Origin: a virus
Lineage: Duplodnaviria; Caudoviricetes
Length of the DNA: 64,000 nucleotides
IMG/VR virus record: IMGVR_UViG_3300042554_001750
Strand: one strand, 5' to 3'
Made by a program: the position numbers and the translations under genes. The notes beneath the pieces were generated by a model. That model was not told the origin of the DNA and made no database searches. It saw only the letters and a program-made list of their open reading frames with translations. Of this stretch, positions 19,426-29,412 are shown one piece after another (position 1 is the stretch's first letter; each line of letters opens with the position of its first letter).

Positions 19426-21429
19426 TTACTTCTTAATGCCAGCAAGTCTTGCCCAGGCCATTGGATCTTCCATACGGGTATCTTGACCAGCAATAACTGG
19501 AATAGTTGTTTGACCCGTTGACTTAGGCTTGTTCAAGCCGCCCGCAATCACTTTAGTCATGAATTCAATATCTTGCTCAAAACTTGCATCAGTACCTTTT
19601 CCGGGTCCTGATCCTGTTTGATTAGCCCACTCTTTTAAGCTGTCAGCTTTTGCCAATGCCTCATCTTCCTGAGCTTCTGCATTTTCATCGGCTGCAGTTT
19701 CTGCTTCATCACTATCAGGGGCATTATCTTCAGCGACTTCGTATGTCATTTGATCTTCAGATTCTACTTCATCAACCATTTCTTTGTCACATTCGCACTT
19801 GCTTTCCATGTACCCACATTCGTTACATGTTTCTTCATCGGAATGCTCATGGTCGTGTTCTTCAGATCCTTCTTCATCAGCATAATCACCGTTACTAGGC
19901 TCACCACCGGTTACTTTCTTAATTAGAGCCATCATACCATCATGGTCTCCCACAACATCTACACCACCGTGTTGAGGTGTATCACCCTGTGGAGCACCAT
20001 AACCGTTTGATTCTTCACCACCAAATAAACCTAAACCAGCTTGCTTAATAAGACCTAGCAATTGTTCCGCTTCACCGTCTTGTGCTGAAACACTTACTGA
20101 GTCTGGCATGCCTTGTTGACCTTTACTGATACTTACAGTCATGCCTTCGTCTACTTGCTCACCTTCAGTTAACAAAGCATTTAACTGCTTGTCTAGTGAT
20201 TCAAAAGCCATAGAGTCCATTTCTAAAACATCTTTGTCTTTCATGGTTTGACCGAATGCTTTGAATGTATCGCCCGGTGTTGTTTTTGCTTTGTGTTTCA
20301 TCCACTCAGACTTATCCATTTCGTACATGTCATCTTCCATTGCTGGCATAGCTTGACTTGCCATTCCAGGAACTGTTGCTGGTGGAGTTTCTTTTACTAA
20401 ACCAACGATAGGTTGTTGACCATAGCACTCATCAAGACCTTCTTTGAAACCTTCGTGATACTGTCTTGCTTCTTCCATGTCTTCATATTTGCAATTATAT
20501 GCTTCTTTAGCTAGAGCATGGTGCTTACCTAATAATCTTGCTGCGGTGTGCTTATGCATACTTTCATTTACTTTCTTTTTGTCTTTTTTAGCATCGTCTG
20601 CTGCTTTCTTCATAGATTCTTTTTTATTACCATCTTTATCTAAATCTATAAAGTCAGGCTTTGCTGCCTCTAATGTTGTTTGACTACGACCAGCACCTAG
20701 ACCAGCTCCAATAGTATCTATACTTGAAGATGAAGGAATGTCACCTTCATTTGTTTTGGCGCGCAATTTAGCAAGAACGGCGCCAGCTACTTTTTCACCA
20801 CGCTCTTTGCTACCGTACTTTTCACCGGCTGCCTTAGCAATCTTAGCAAACTGCTTACCTGGCTTACCAATATCTTTACCAGCACGGGCTTTCTTTGCAC
20901 TGTAATCTTCATCACCTTCACCTAGCTTATGATCACCTGCTAAGGTCATTTCACCCTTACCAATAGATTGCTTAATTTGTGCAGCTAGTTGAGGATTAGT
21001 TACAGTTCCTAATGTCTTTGTACCTTGCTTAATAACCTGTGTATTTTGTTGGGCTGGTTGAATTGTAACTTGTTCTGCTTCAGCAACATACTTTTCTTCA
21101 ATCTCTTGAACCCACTCTTTCAAGCTATGCTTCTTGCTAGCCTTGCCTGGAAGTTTACCTTTTGGTAAATTACCAATCATATATGATTGTAGTTCTTTAG
21201 CACCGCCGTATGTTTTTACTTCTCCGGTGTCGCTATCGGCACCCTTCTTAGGACGACCACGACCACGCTTTACTTCGGGCTTCTTTTCTTTTTTCTCATC
21301 ACCCTCTTCATCGGTGTCAAATTTACGGCCATAACCACCTGGTTCTGCTTTGTGTACTTTACCAGTTGAAGTTTCTTTAGTTGCTTCACTTAACTGGCTA
21401 AGTTGATTTAACATTGATTTGAAATCCAT
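19426..21429 (-). CDS. large acidic/charged protein, candidate internal head or scaffold protein
   Basis: 667 aa, E/K-rich; KRGRGRPKK AT-hook-like motif; codon usage like the highly expressed structural genes. Confidence 0.6.
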   Translation of the reverse strand: MDFKSMLNQLSQLSEATKETSTGKVHKAEPGGYGRKFDTDEEGDEKKEKKPEVKRGRGRPKKGADSDTGEVKTYGGAKELQSYMIGNLPKGKLPGKASKKHSLKEWVQEIEEKYVAEAEQVTIQPAQQNTQVIKQGTKTLGTVTNPQLAAQIKQSIGKGEMTLAGDHKLGEGDEDYSAKKARAGKDIGKPGKQFAKIAKAAGEKYGSKERGEKVAGAVLAKLRAKTNEGDIPSSSSIDTIGAGLGAGRSQTTLEAAKPDFIDLDKDGNKKESMKKAADDAKKDKKKVNESMHKHTAARLLGKHHALAKEAYNCKYEDMEEARQYHEGFKEGLDECYGQQPIVGLVKETPPATVPGMASQAMPAMEDDMYEMDKSEWMKHKAKTTPGDTFKAFGQTMKDKDVLEMDSMAFESLDKQLNALLTEGEQVDEGMTVSISKGQQGMPDSVSVSAQDGEAEQLLGLIKQAGLGLFGGEESNGYGAPQGDTPQHGGVDVVGDHDGMMALIKKVTGGEPSNGDYADEEGSEEHDHEHSDEETCNECGYMESKCECDKEMVDEVESEDQMTYEVAEDNAPDSDEAETAADENAEAQEDEALAKADSLKEWANQTGSGPGKGTDASFEQDIEFMTKVIAGGLNKPKSTGQTTIPVIAGQDTRMEDPMAWARLAGIKK

Positions 21430-21444
21430 TTTCTTATTTCCTTA

Positions 21445-22074
21445 TTATTTGTTAAACGCAGCACCGGTTTGTGGTTTGGCTGGTCTTGTAATCTTTGACA
21501 TGGGGCTTTCTTTGCCCATTGATGCCATATATGTTTCTGGCTTGAAGGGATCAAAACTATCAGGTGTTTTCTTACCTTCATATGGTATATCAATTTTGTC
21601 GTCTTTAGTTTGATCTTTAATGCTGTTTAGATAACTATTGCCATATGCATCACTAGCTTCTTTAGCGCCTGGTGCACTTCCCATTTCTTCTTTAGTTAGT
21701 AATGGGTCTTGACTCATTTGATTTACATAGTCATCATGTTCAGTATTAATACTGTCATCATACTTTGTAGAAACAACACGAACAGCATTTACATTATAAC
21801 CAAGCAATTGAGCAATTTGTTGAATCATTGGCTCTGTTGCTGGATATCTAAATTCGCATTTAATAATTGTCACAGGGACATTACTCATATTAGGAAAACC
21901 ATATGGGTCTTTCTGAATAGGAGTTGATTTTGGGGTATCAATTTTGATAGGATCAAACTTCTTTAGATTGTAGGCAAACATATCTAAGAAGTTCTTATCC
22001 ACTTCACCCGCAATTTTAATAGTGTAATTATATGTATGTACACTTTCTACGATGTATTGTTTAAGGCTTCGCAT
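21445..22074 (-). CDS. hypothetical late protein
   Basis: 209-aa ORF with GATAAATA at 22094-22101. Confidence 0.8.
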   Translation of the reverse strand: MRSLKQYIVESVHTYNYTIKIAGEVDKNFLDMFAYNLKKFDPIKIDTPKSTPIQKDPYGFPNMSNVPVTIIKCEFRYPATEPMIQQIAQLLGYNVNAVRVVSTKYDDSINTEHDDYVNQMSQDPLLTKEEMGSAPGAKEASDAYGNSYLNSIKDQTKDDKIDIPYEGKKTPDSFDPFKPETYMASMGKESPMSKITRPAKPQTGAAFNK

Positions 22075-22102
22075 GTTTTAATCCTGTATTAATTATTTAT
22101 CA

Positions 22103-22585
22103 TTATTCACTGTTTTTATTGAGCAGGGCTCTAAGCAACTCGTTACGGTCTAGTGACTTACCCTCTCCCAATGGGGTGGCTTCAATTTGTTCGTCTTTAG
22201 TCTGTTGCTTTTGATCCAGTGCTGCTTTCTTTAATTGCAACTCAATCATTTTAAGTTTTTTGTTGATTTTAGCTGTTTTTGCTGTAATAGCATGACCTAA
22301 CATTGTTCCGGCAACACCAAATATTTCAGCACTAAAACGACTATCCACTTGCATCCCAAGATCCATTAAGTCTTTGTAACTGTTAGTGGCAAGACTTGTA
22401 AGCTCATCCATTTCAGTGTCAGTAGCTTCCAAGCCACGAACTTGAGGCAATGCATTTTCTATTTTTTCTAAGTTGGTGTAAGCTTCTTGCGAAGTTATAT
22501 CATACTCAGCCTTCTCTAAATTAGACTCGTTAGCTTCTTTTTCAGGCTGAGGTAATTCAAACAATTCTTCAAGTTTCTTAGTCAT
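22103..22585 (-). CDS. putative terminase small subunit (gp16-like)
   Basis: Helical 160-aa protein, EIFGVAGTML...KKLKMIELQLKK, adjacent to gp4; similarity is weak. Confidence 0.45.
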   Translation of the reverse strand: MTKKLEELFELPQPEKEANESNLEKAEYDITSQEAYTNLEKIENALPQVRGLEATDTEMDELTSLATNSYKDLMDLGMQVDSRFSAEIFGVAGTMLGHAITAKTAKINKKLKMIELQLKKAALDQKQQTKDEQIEATPLGEGKSLDRNELLRALLNKNSE

Positions 22586-22596
22586 GAAGTATTTAT

Positions 22597-23034
22597 TTAC
22601 CTTTTTCTACCGTTGTAGAAAAGGTCATCTTCAGTTATTACGCGAAAAGTATAGCCCTGCGACTTGCAATATGCCATTGCTGCTGCCCACTTAGCATGAT
22701 TTATAGCAATAACTGCCCTATCCTTTGCACTTACTACTTTACTTTCTATGATACTTTGTTTTTTGGGCTTTATTTCTACTACTTCTGCAATTTGTTTTCC
22801 GTACTTGTTTTTGTATAGTACAAAAAAATCAGGTATGTAATTTGTAGGTTTACCTGTTAATGGATGCCTATATGGAATAGCCATCGCCTCACTAGCCCAA
22901 TATATTACATTATCATTACCATCGCAGAAGGTCATGAATGTAAGTTCCCAACCACTGCGGTATTTAGGTTTATGTTTACCTACATATTTCTGAGGATTTT
23001 TAATGTTATAAATGCCTTGTGCCCACTTAGCCAT
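22597..23034 (-). CDS. gp4: head completion nuclease (T4 gp4, TnsA-like)
   Basis: YRSGWE..FM.FCD.N..V..WASE...IPY...Y.PDF...EIKP motifs. Confidence 0.88.
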   Translation of the reverse strand: MAKWAQGIYNIKNPQKYVGKHKPKYRSGWELTFMTFCDGNDNVIYWASEAMAIPYRHPLTGKPTNYIPDFFVLYKNKYGKQIAEVVEIKPKKQSIIESKVVSAKDRAVIAINHAKWAAAMAYCKSQGYTFRVITEDDLFYNGRKR

Positions 23035-23397
23035 TTATAAAACCACATTTCTTGCAGCAAATTGATTAGGCTTGGGTATACTTGCAACGCCGTATAATGA
23101 TGTCTTTGATTTAAAACTATTTAAATAATAGGCTAAAACTTTATTCATTTGTAACTTATTATTCAAGCCTTTGATTTCGTTCAATAGTTCTAATACATCT
23201 ACATTAGCTTCTTGTGCAACTCTGAAAAATAAAGCAGTAAAGTTTTCTGCTATATTTTTTGTTGGGCAAACGCCTCTAAAATATCCGAAAACTATATCAT
23301 ATTGAGCAGCGCCAACTACTAAATTGGTAGCATAAAAACTATCAAAAATTCTTATTGTTTGATCTAATGATGTTCTATTATCTATAATTTGTGTCAT
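23035..23397 (-). CDS. hypothetical protein
   Basis: 120-aa ORF, tightly coupled to its neighbours. Confidence 0.8.
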   Translation of the reverse strand: MTQIIDNRTSLDQTIRIFDSFYATNLVVGAAQYDIVFGYFRGVCPTKNIAENFTALFFRVAQEANVDVLELLNEIKGLNNKLQMNKVLAYYLNSFKSKTSLYGVASIPKPNQFAARNVVL

Positions 23398-24644
23398 ATG
23401 TCTAATCCGTTAATATTATCTTGTGGATTGGTTGTGTCCAAATCTAATCCATTAATATTATTTTGTTGACCTGCAGTATTTATAGTACCTACATCCTGCG
23501 GAGCTGCTCTAGCAACAGGTGGGGTACCTGCTGTACCTTGTGTAGAAGCAGTAGCCCCATATGTAGGTATATCAAAGTTTTTAGAGCGTGTATTATTTGT
23601 GGCTCCTTGCAAGGCATTCTGGATACCTTGCTTGAGTTCTGCACTTAATGTGGCTTTTAGATTAATATTTTTTGCAGAGTTATATGCAGCACCTGCGGTT
23701 CTTATGCCTGTTAAAAGATTTCCTTCAGCCATATCTTTAATTGCACCACCTGCACTTGCAATCAGTCCCGTTGGACCTAAAACATTTGAATTAGAACCAG
23801 GTGTAGCTATCGGACTTAGACGCTTATCGTAATTTGCCTCTAAACCAAATCCAGTAACAATGTCCGATGATTTTTGACCGTCCATGTTTCCTCTGTTATA
23901 GACTACTGTTTCATAGTCTAATGTCATGCTATTAGTCATAGTACCGGCGGCTTCAGCGTAGTCATATGTGTCATGGCCAAATCGTGTAATTATTGGATTT
24001 ATTAAAGTATATGCTAAAAAGTTATGTTGATTAAATCCAAAGATAGTAATATTTTTAAAGAATGTTGCTTTGCCCTTACTAGGATCGCCTGTTTCTCCGA
24101 TATAACCCCAATCATCACCACCGGTTATAGAATCTAAATAGGTAGTTCTTTCGTTATAGTTTGCTAAGGTAGCAGTCGCAGAGTTTCCTCCACCAACTAT
24201 ATCTGAAGCTGGAGCACCACCTCTGTTGCCTTTAAAAACTACTTTAGGCTTTGTGCCGTCTTTGTAATAATATGTATAGTACTTGTACCACAAATTTGCT
24301 ATAGAATCATCATTATCATCATGGAATTGAATATCTATAGGGTCATATTTGATTTTAGTTTGTACAATTCTTTTTCTGTTGTACTGATTTAATTGATGTG
24401 TATCAAAACTGAAGTTAGGTAACTTAACAGATTTAACTAATAAACCAAAATTAGTCTGTGATGTTCTAGGTTGTGCTTCTGGATTAATTTCAAAATAGAC
24501 ATGGAAAAGAAACTTAAACTTGGGTGCGTTTGCATAGAACCCAGGTTTAAATGTCTTGCTTGCGTGAGTGTAATCCCTAAGGTAATCGTTGCCGAAGAAT
24601 CCTCCGGCAACGTCCTTAAGAAAAGTTTTGATTGCGCCTGGCAT
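23394..24644 (-). CDS. tail tube-like protein (gp19/gp54-type tube initiator)
   Basis: KSVKLPNFSFDTHQLNQYNRKRIVQTKIKYDPIDIQFHDD and TLDYE tube-fold motifs; adjacent to the tube gene. Confidence 0.65.
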   Translation of the reverse strand: MPGAIKTFLKDVAGGFFGNDYLRDYTHASKTFKPGFYANAPKFKFLFHVYFEINPEAQPRTSQTNFGLLVKSVKLPNFSFDTHQLNQYNRKRIVQTKIKYDPIDIQFHDDNDDSIANLWYKYYTYYYKDGTKPKVVFKGNRGGAPASDIVGGGNSATATLANYNERTTYLDSITGGDDWGYIGETGDPSKGKATFFKNITIFGFNQHNFLAYTLINPIITRFGHDTYDYAEAAGTMTNSMTLDYETVVYNRGNMDGQKSSDIVTGFGLEANYDKRLSPIATPGSNSNVLGPTGLIASAGGAIKDMAEGNLLTGIRTAGAAYNSAKNINLKATLSAELKQGIQNALQGATNNTRSKNFDIPTYGATASTQGTAGTPPVARAAPQDVGTINTAGQQNNINGLDLDTTNPQDNINGLDI

Positions 24645-24673
24645 CAGAATCCTTTTAGGATCTTAAATCCCTA

Positions 24674-25312
24674 TTAGGTTCCGCCACCGATACCTGTTAC
24701 GACTGAGCCGCCAAGTATACGACCAACTGATGTACCAACCCCAGAAGTCAATGGTGACTGAACTGCGTTATCATAACGAATTGTCAATGATACAGTTACT
24801 GCATCGCTTGCCGCATAGTTTAATGTGTTATAGTTAGCTGTCTGTAAGAAGCAACCATAAAGTTCCCATGTTTCTAATACGATTGGTGCGTTTGCTCCAT
24901 TACCACCATCAAGAATTTCAATGTTTGTTTGGAACTTGTAATCTTGACCTGTTGCTGCTGAAGCCTGCTCTACGAAGTCTAATTGTTTCTGTAATTGCTG
25001 ACCAACTGCTTTTGAAACAGATCCTGAAGCATCATCACGAATATTAACAGTGATTGGTGCCCAGGTGTGCTTACCTGCTAGATATAATGTTGAGTTATAT
25101 ACGGGCAATGTGATTTCAGCAAATGATAGGTTAGGACGAGTAACGTCTACTACTTGCTTTGTTAACTGTAATCCATTAACTGCATCTACGCCAAAGTTTA
25201 AGAAATTAACTCTAAAGCGATATTGTAGTTTGGGCATCAACAAGCCTTGGTTTCCACCAGCGTTGTCAGACGCTACGGTCATGTTGAACAATGATTGTGA
25301 GGCTGTTGCCAT
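24674..25312 (-). CDS. gp19: tail tube protein (gp19-like)
   Basis: PKLQYRFRV...RPNLSF...AGKHTW...WELYGCF...LTIRYDNA; directly downstream of the sheath gene. Confidence 0.85.
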   Translation of the reverse strand: MATASQSLFNMTVASDNAGGNQGLLMPKLQYRFRVNFLNFGVDAVNGLQLTKQVVDVTRPNLSFAEITLPVYNSTLYLAGKHTWAPITVNIRDDASGSVSKAVGQQLQKQLDFVEQASAATGQDYKFQTNIEILDGGNGANAPIVLETWELYGCFLQTANYNTLNYAASDAVTVSLTIRYDNAVQSPLTSGVGTSVGRILGGSVVTGIGGGT

Positions 25313-25333
25313 TTTTTAAGTTCTCCTATGTAT

Positions 25334-25341
25334 TATTTATC
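25334..25341 (-). promoter_or_regulatory. late promoter GATAAATA for the tube gene
   Basis: Box followed by a GGAG RBS. Confidence 0.75.
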
Positions 25342-25346
25342 TTAGT

Positions 25347-25369
25347 AAAAGGGGGACTAGCCCCCTTTT
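25347..25369. terminator. intrinsic terminator after the sheath gene
   Basis: AAAAGGGGG-ACTAG-CCCCCTTTT. Confidence 0.85.
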
Positions 25370-25370
25370 A

Positions 25371-28300
25371 TTATGCTCCGCCTAGTTCACCTGTGTTCAA
25401 GATACGAACTGGTATATAGATGAATTCAGCAGCCTTGACAGGCTCAACTGCAACATCTACCCACAATTCATTTCTATCAATTCTAGCAGGAGTGTTGTTT
25501 GACTCATCACAAACTACTAGATAGTCATAGATACCACGTTTTGCGACTAGATCAACCATTAATGACTCAATGACACCAGCGATTTGCTGTCTTGTCAATG
25601 CATCATTAGGTTCAAACACGAATGGTCTTCCTGCTAATGTCAATTGTCTGCGGATATATGCAACTAGTCTTGCAACGTTGCATCTATCTAGTGCGCTTTG
25701 ACTATTGAAGCTAGACTTGTTACCATAGTTCAACAAACCGTTACCAGTGAAGAACACTAATGGGTTGATGAAGTTTGTGTATAGAACATCACGGACACCT
25801 ACGCGAGTCTTGATGACTACGAATTCGCCAGTTGTTCTGTCAACATAGCCAATATTTGCTGCGTTGTCAATAATACCACGGCGTGTACCTGCTGCTGCTA
25901 ACCAAGGATAAGCAACAGTATCATTGCGTAAGAAAGTGCGTAGCATCATGTGTGATGCAGGAACAGCTACTAAGTTACCACTTAGGTCAGTTGCCAAGCC
26001 ACTTGGATAGAACAATCCCATGTAAGAACTACGGTTTACAAGACCTTCTTCACCTGTGCTTGTTGCGCCTGCAGCATTGGTTGCCCAATTTTGAATTGCA
26101 GTTGCATTGTCAGATAGACCTAATGGAGTGTCACCGATAATGAAGCCAGTCTCTCCACGATCACTATTAAGAGTAATCATGTTAGGCTGCAATTCAGGAT
26201 AATTTGGAGCAGCCATTAGATTGAAGAAATTATCTTCATCACGGATTGCCAAATTAGTGTCAATTGCACTTCTCAATGATTGAACTACCATTGCACGCTG
26301 AGCCTTACGACCCATATATGGTGCACCGTTGCTCTGTAATCCACTCTGACTTACCCAAGCATTTGTCTCAGTGGGCAATGATGCTCCTGGGAAGTTAGTT
26401 GTATTAAAGTAATTTGAACGGAATTGTTTTACATTATATCCTGAACGGCGTGTGTTAAACAACAACATTCCTGTTGGATACAATGCGCTAGAAGGTGCAT
26501 CTAAATCTAGATAGTTACTTGTTAACAATGACACTATTGTTGGAATAGGATCATCAGTAACGCTTGTTACACCGTTAGTTGCCCAACGTGCATCAGCAAA
26601 TACAATGCCTTCTGAACTTGTTTGATCTGTGTTGTTTAGTAACACCCACTGATCAGCACCGTCTACTAGCTGCCAACGATAGATAACTGGATAGTTTTCT
26701 AGATCAGCAGTAGAAATCCATAGATCACCGTATACCAGTGCAGTAGCGTCACTCTGGCTTGTAGGTGCAGTAGCACTTACGATAGGACCATTTGGATCAG
26801 TTGCATTGCTACCTGTTGGTGTAGGAAATCCATTGGTATCATAGTTTTGATTCTTGTATCCTCTCCAGTTACCGTTGTAGTTAACCATGATGTCAACTTC
26901 ATCAGTAACGCTATAGAACCAATTTGTATTATTAGCAGGTTCTGCTACTGGAGCACCCTCATTAGGTGTGAAGTATGAAAACTCTACCCAGTTACTTAGT
27001 TGAACAGTGGTATTATTAACTGCCTGACCAGATACAATAGCCACAGACGTTACCGCGTTAGTAGGAGCTCCTGATGTAGTGATAACACGAATTTCAAGGT
27101 TATTACCAGATGGGTAATTTCCAGTTACACCTCCCAAGTTTGAACCATCTACATATAGTGTATCACCTACTGTATATCCAGATCCTGCATTGTTAAAAGA
27201 TGTACCTGTGATATTATACACACCGTTGTTTCTAACAACAGTCAATGTACATCCTGAACCACTGCCGCCGGCGGCACTGACTGCATTATATACTTGCTGA
27301 CTGTTTGGTCCAAATTTAACACCGGCAGTCGTACCTGCAACAAAACCTGCTTCTAGACATAGTCCAGTGGACACCCCGTTTTCGTTATCATCAATTGTAA
27401 TTGATCCACCCTCAGTGTGCGTGATTTGTATCGCACCACTGGTAGTTACAGCAGCCGTAGTAAATGGAATACCAGCTGCATACCAGGCAGTAACAAAATC
27501 AGTTGCATCAGAATTGTCAGCTAATGTTACGGTGTATGTAGACTGGCTAGATGAATTTGGAACACTAATAGTAACAAGGAATGTATAAGGTCCATTGTCA
27601 AAATTTGGATTTGTGTTTGTTCCAGTTACTACTGTAGGTCCTGTAGCAATTCTTTCCCAATAGTAAACAGGAACAGTTCCAACTGAAGATAGTTGTGTAC
27701 CGAAATTGTACTGACCGTAAATTGTTCCTGCAGGGATAGCTTGACCGCCCGTAGGATCTAGTTCAAGGTTAACTGCTGCATCAGATGTTGACATTGTAAC
27801 TGTCTTTGCAACCCAGCTAGCAATACTAGAATTATATTGACTTAGAACAGAATTTAAACCTCCACCTGCATTACCTATTTTAATCCAGACAGATCCAGTT
27901 GGCATAGGAGTTGTTTGACTGCTTGTCCACAAAGGCATTTGAGCAGAAGTACCATATGCTACTGAAGGCTGATAATATGTTCCTGCAGGGATACCCAATG
28001 CAGTTAACAACCCGGCAGTTCCACTAGCAATTTGAATTGAGCGAGAACCAACTGGACCACCGTTTTGAGAAGAAAATATACACAATCTTCCATTACGGAC
28101 AGCAGCACTGACATATGAAACACCAAAGTTATTTATTGCAGTAACCACGTTACTTATTGTATTACCTGGAGTGATTGTTACAGTAAGAACAGTGCCAGTA
28201 CTAAGTGTGATCGTAAATGTTCCAGCAACTAATGATGGATTAGTTGCTGTGCTTATTACTGTAGGAACATCACTCATCCATTCTGGAGAACCTAATGGGG

Positions 28301-28940
28301 TCCAGGCGTTTTGAGTGGTTTTATAATAATAAGTTTTCTCAGAATCAATTGTTGAAACAGTAGTTACAGGAATTGCTACTACCGCATAGTCACCGATACT
28401 TCCGATACTTGCTAGAGGTACTCCACTTGAAAGATTTACAGAATCAGTAATAACAACTGGACTTTGCTCAGTGAACTGGCCAGTTGTTTCGTCAAATTCA
28501 AAAATACCCCAGGTAGAAGTTGTTGCATCTAACCAGTATGTACCATTGTCAGGTGCACCAACTGGGCGACCTGTTTGACCGACTAAACTTGCTAAGTCAA
28601 TATCAGCACGTAAAACATAGCAACGATTGGTTACACCTAATAAACTATAAGCTGCTAATAAACCATATTCGTTGAGTTCATAACCCTGAATAGGGGTACC
28701 ATTTGTCGTTGTATAGAAGAAAGGTACACCATATAAGGTTGTCAAATCACGCTGACTTGTGACTTCAAATAATTTTCCGGCGTTTGCAGCAGTTGTTGCT
28801 TGTGCAACGCCAATACCGTTTGGATCAGCTTTGTTCTGTGCTGTAGCAAGTACAACTAATGGAACAGAGCCAGTTGGGGCTGGAAGATATTGACTTTGAT
28901 CAATAATTGATACTTCTACGCCTGGAGATGTTAATGCCAT
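25371..28940 (-). CDS. gp18: tail sheath protein (gp18-like), enlarged
   Basis: N-terminal SPGVEVSIIDQS; C-terminal YPWLAAAGTRRG, LYTNFINP, NVARL, FVFEPND, CDESNNTP and PVKAAEFIYI motifs. Confidence 0.93.
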   Translation of the reverse strand: MALTSPGVEVSIIDQSQYLPAPTGSVPLVVLATAQNKADPNGIGVAQATTAANAGKLFEVTSQRDLTTLYGVPFFYTTTNGTPIQGYELNEYGLLAAYSLLGVTNRCYVLRADIDLASLVGQTGRPVGAPDNGTYWLDATTSTWGIFEFDETTGQFTEQSPVVITDSVNLSSGVPLASIGSIGDYAVVAIPVTTVSTIDSEKTYYYKTTQNAWTPLGSPEWMSDVPTVISTATNPSLVAGTFTITLSTGTVLTVTITPGNTISNVVTAINNFGVSYVSAAVRNGRLCIFSSQNGGPVGSRSIQIASGTAGLLTALGIPAGTYYQPSVAYGTSAQMPLWTSSQTTPMPTGSVWIKIGNAGGGLNSVLSQYNSSIASWVAKTVTMSTSDAAVNLELDPTGGQAIPAGTIYGQYNFGTQLSSVGTVPVYYWERIATGPTVVTGTNTNPNFDNGPYTFLVTISVPNSSSQSTYTVTLADNSDATDFVTAWYAAGIPFTTAAVTTSGAIQITHTEGGSITIDDNENGVSTGLCLEAGFVAGTTAGVKFGPNSQQVYNAVSAAGGSGSGCTLTVVRNNGVYNITGTSFNNAGSGYTVGDTLYVDGSNLGGVTGNYPSGNNLEIRVITTSGAPTNAVTSVAIVSGQAVNNTTVQLSNWVEFSYFTPNEGAPVAEPANNTNWFYSVTDEVDIMVNYNGNWRGYKNQNYDTNGFPTPTGSNATDPNGPIVSATAPTSQSDATALVYGDLWISTADLENYPVIYRWQLVDGADQWVLLNNTDQTSSEGIVFADARWATNGVTSVTDDPIPTIVSLLTSNYLDLDAPSSALYPTGMLLFNTRRSGYNVKQFRSNYFNTTNFPGASLPTETNAWVSQSGLQSNGAPYMGRKAQRAMVVQSLRSAIDTNLAIRDEDNFFNLMAAPNYPELQPNMITLNSDRGETGFIIGDTPLGLSDNATAIQNWATNAAGATSTGEEGLVNRSSYMGLFYPSGLATDLSGNLVAVPASHMMLRTFLRNDTVAYPWLAAAGTRRGIIDNAANIGYVDRTTGEFVVIKTRVGVRDVLYTNFINPLVFFTGNGLLNYGNKSSFNSQSALDRCNVARLVAYIRRQLTLAGRPFVFEPNDALTRQQIAGVIESLMVDLVAKRGIYDYLVVCDESNNTPARIDRNELWVDVAVEPVKAAEFIYIPVRILNTGELGGA

Positions 28941-28996
28941 TTTCTTTTTCCTTTATTGTAAAATTATGAGGTTTACCACCTTGAAATGCATAAAAG

Positions 28997-29054
28997 TATT
29001 TATAAAAATATTAGGAAAACAGTGGTTTACCGTACCTTCAAAGGTCTATAAATA
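28997..29054. promoter_or_regulatory. divergent pair of canonical TATAAATA late promoters
   Basis: TATAAATA on the minus strand at 28997-29004 (sheath) and on the plus strand at 29047-29054. Confidence 0.75.
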
Positions 29055-29058
29055 CTTA

Positions 29059-29412
29059 ATGCCGATTCTTAGACCTATTTGTAGTAAGTGTAACAAAAAC
29101 TTTTCTGCTGTAAATTACATACGCAATGGGGTCACACATTACCGTAGCATTTGTGATGAGTGTGGTAGAAAAAAGAACAAACTAAAACCCAGAAAAGCGA
29201 ACTGGATCAAAAGTGGATATAAGAAAAAAGCCACATGTGATTTATGTGGCTTTCATAGTATATTCCCAAGTCAAATTACTGTCTTTCATATTGATGGTAA
29301 CTTAGAAAATATTGCTCTTAATAATCTAAGAAGTATTTGTCTTAACTGTGTAGAAGTTGTTAAAAAGAAAAATGTAACTTGGAAACGGGGAGATTTAGAA
29401 GTTGATTATTGA
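29059..29412 (+). CDS. zinc-finger protein with degenerate HNH domain
   Basis: CSKC...CDEC, CDLC and VFHIDGNLEN...NLRSICLNC; likely start ATG 29059. Confidence 0.7.
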   Translation: MPILRPICSKCNKNFSAVNYIRNGVTHYRSICDECGRKKNKLKPRKANWIKSGYKKKATCDLCGFHSIFPSQITVFHIDGNLENIALNNLRSICLNCVEVVKKKNVTWKRGDLEVDY

